Source: Deltaproteobacteria bacterium (lineage in GTDB: Bacteria > Myxococcota_A > Polyangia > Polyangiales > Houyiibacteriaceae). Taken from it: a stretch of DNA of 64,000 bases. The notes beneath the pieces were generated by a model that saw nothing but the letters and a program-made list of their open reading frames with translations, made no database searches and was not told where the DNA came from. Of the stretch, positions 62,713 through 64,000 are shown in pieces. Position numbers and translations under genes: made by a program. The stretch is from the NCBI GenBank assembly GCA_034670305.1, contig JAXMNT010000021.1:57762-121761 (forward strand), read 5' to 3'. Positions within the stretch are counted from its first letter, which is position 1. The number at the start of each line of letters is the position of its first letter.

Positions 62713-63842
62713 ACCGCGCGCTGCCCCAGAGGTTCTGGCTGGGGCCACTGCTGCTCGCTGTGCTCGCGTTCACGGGCTGTACCCAAGAGGGCTACGTCTT
62801 CGACCTGCCGGAGGGGTTTCCTGAGCCGCGCGTGCCAGTGGACAACCCGATGAGCGAGGCCAAGATCGAGCTCGGGCGGCACCTGTTCTACGACCCACGG
62901 CTGTCTGGCAACGAGACCCAGAGCTGCGCGTCCTGCCACGTGCAGTCGCTCGCGTTCACCGACGGACTTCCGGTGAGCATCGGCTCGACGGGAGAATCGA
63001 CGCCACGGGGTTCGATGTCGATCGTGAACGTCGGGTACGCGGCGACTCTGACCTGGGCGAACCCGGTCCTGCGCACGCTGGAGGACCAGGCGCTGATTCC
63101 GATGTTCGGGGAGACCCCGGTCGAGCTCGGACTGGCCGGTCTCGAGGAGACGTTGATGGAGCGGCTGCGGGCCGAGGCGCGCTACCAGACGCTCTTCCCC
63201 GAAGCGTTTCCGAACGACGGCGATCCATTTCGGGTGGCCAACGTCACCGCGGCGCTCGGCGCCTTTCAGCGATCGATCATCGCGGGCGACTCGGCGTACG
63301 ACCGGTTCTTGGCGGGCGACGAATCCGCGCTCAGTCCGTCGGCGCAGCGCGGCGCGGAGTTCTTCCACCAGGAAGAGGCCGAGTGTTTTCATTGCCACGG
63401 CGGGTTTCTCTTCTCCAGCAGCCTCGACCACCTCGGCAACGTGTTCGACCAGGCGACGTTCCAGAACAACGGCCTCTACGACGTCGACGGCCGCGGCGCG
63501 TACCCGATGGAGAACCAGGGCCTTGTCGAGGTCACCGAGGACCCGAGCGACATGGGCAAGTTCAAACCGCCGCCGCTTCGCAACATCGCGCTGACGGCGC
63601 CGTACATGCACGACGGCTCCATGGCGACGCTCGACGACGTGCTCCAGATGTACGCCGCGGGCGGCAACGACGTGACCGAGGGTCCGAACGCGGGCGATGG
63701 CCGTCGCAATCCGCACAAGAGCATCTTCGTCAATGGCTTCGACACCGACGCGAACCAGCTCGAGGACCTCCGCGCGTTCCTCGAATCGCTCACCGACGAG
63801 CGCCTCCTGACCGACCCCCGCTTCTCCGATCCCTGGCTGTAG
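62709..63842 (+). CDS. MbnH-family di-heme enzyme (bCcP/MauG superfamily)
   Basis: ATGA overlap; LGRHLFYDPRLS, CASCH, CFHCH and FKPPPLRNIALTAPYMHDGS motifs. Confidence 0.9.
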   Translation: MNRALPQRFWLGPLLLAVLAFTGCTQEGYVFDLPEGFPEPRVPVDNPMSEAKIELGRHLFYDPRLSGNETQSCASCHVQSLAFTDGLPVSIGSTGESTPRGSMSIVNVGYAATLTWANPVLRTLEDQALIPMFGETPVELGLAGLEETLMERLRAEARYQTLFPEAFPNDGDPFRVANVTAALGAFQRSIIAGDSAYDRFLAGDESALSPSAQRGAEFFHQEEAECFHCHGGFLFSSSLDHLGNVFDQATFQNNGLYDVDGRGAYPMENQGLVEVTEDPSDMGKFKPPPLRNIALTAPYMHDGSMATLDDVLQMYAAGGNDVTEGPNAGDGRRNPHKSIFVNGFDTDANQLEDLRAFLESLTDERLLTDPRFSDPWL

Positions 63843-63861
63843 AGCGCCAAGCGCGCTCTAC

Positions 63862-63889
63862 CCCTTGCCCGTGCCCTTGCCCTTGCCCT
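63862..63889. repeat. Short (CCCTTG/CCCGTG)n hexamer array after the mbnH-like stop
   Basis: 4-5 tandem hexamers seen directly. Confidence 0.7.
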
Positions 63890-64000
63890 GTACCGTTCTT
63901 CGTGTCCCGTGATCGTGTGATCATGGCGACTTGAGCGGTCTGCCTCCCGAGAGTGCCTCTCTTGCCCCGCGCCTCGAGCGCCTGGCAAGGATACGCGCCT

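Overview
Very GC-rich, gene-dense bacterial DNA. MYXO-CTERM sorting tails, five Hanks-type Ser/Thr kinases, Cys-rich lipoproteins and DUF2330 genes point to a myxobacterium, probably Polyangiales/Sandaracinaceae-like (inference). About 45 real genes are present; most ORF-track entries are GC-rich shadow frames. I found no tRNA, rRNA gene, CRISPR array, transposase or integrase. Recognisable genes are an acyl-CoA synthetase, ppk2, agmatine deiminase, an M14 carboxypeptidase, yceI, otsA/otsB, an mbnP/mbnH-type pair and three AIM24 paralogs. Highlights: (1) a head-to-head PARP (H1-like tail + WGR + helical + H-Y-E ART domains) and bacterial-type PARG pair; (2) a ~220-nt structured intergenic element carrying a near-exact copy of 23S rRNA helix 69-70 that overlaps a 16S decoding-region-like sequence; (3) an intact Hsp90-like ATPase coupled to a 1847-aa pseudo-ATPase with repeated Hsp90 middle-domain units; (4) a circularly permuted esterase lipoprotein; (5) a catalytically dead 5'-nucleotidase fused to a beta-barrel; (6) TAnnnT boxes 6-9 nt before many start codons, suggesting leaderless mRNAs. 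All family calls come from motif recognition by eye; no searches were run.
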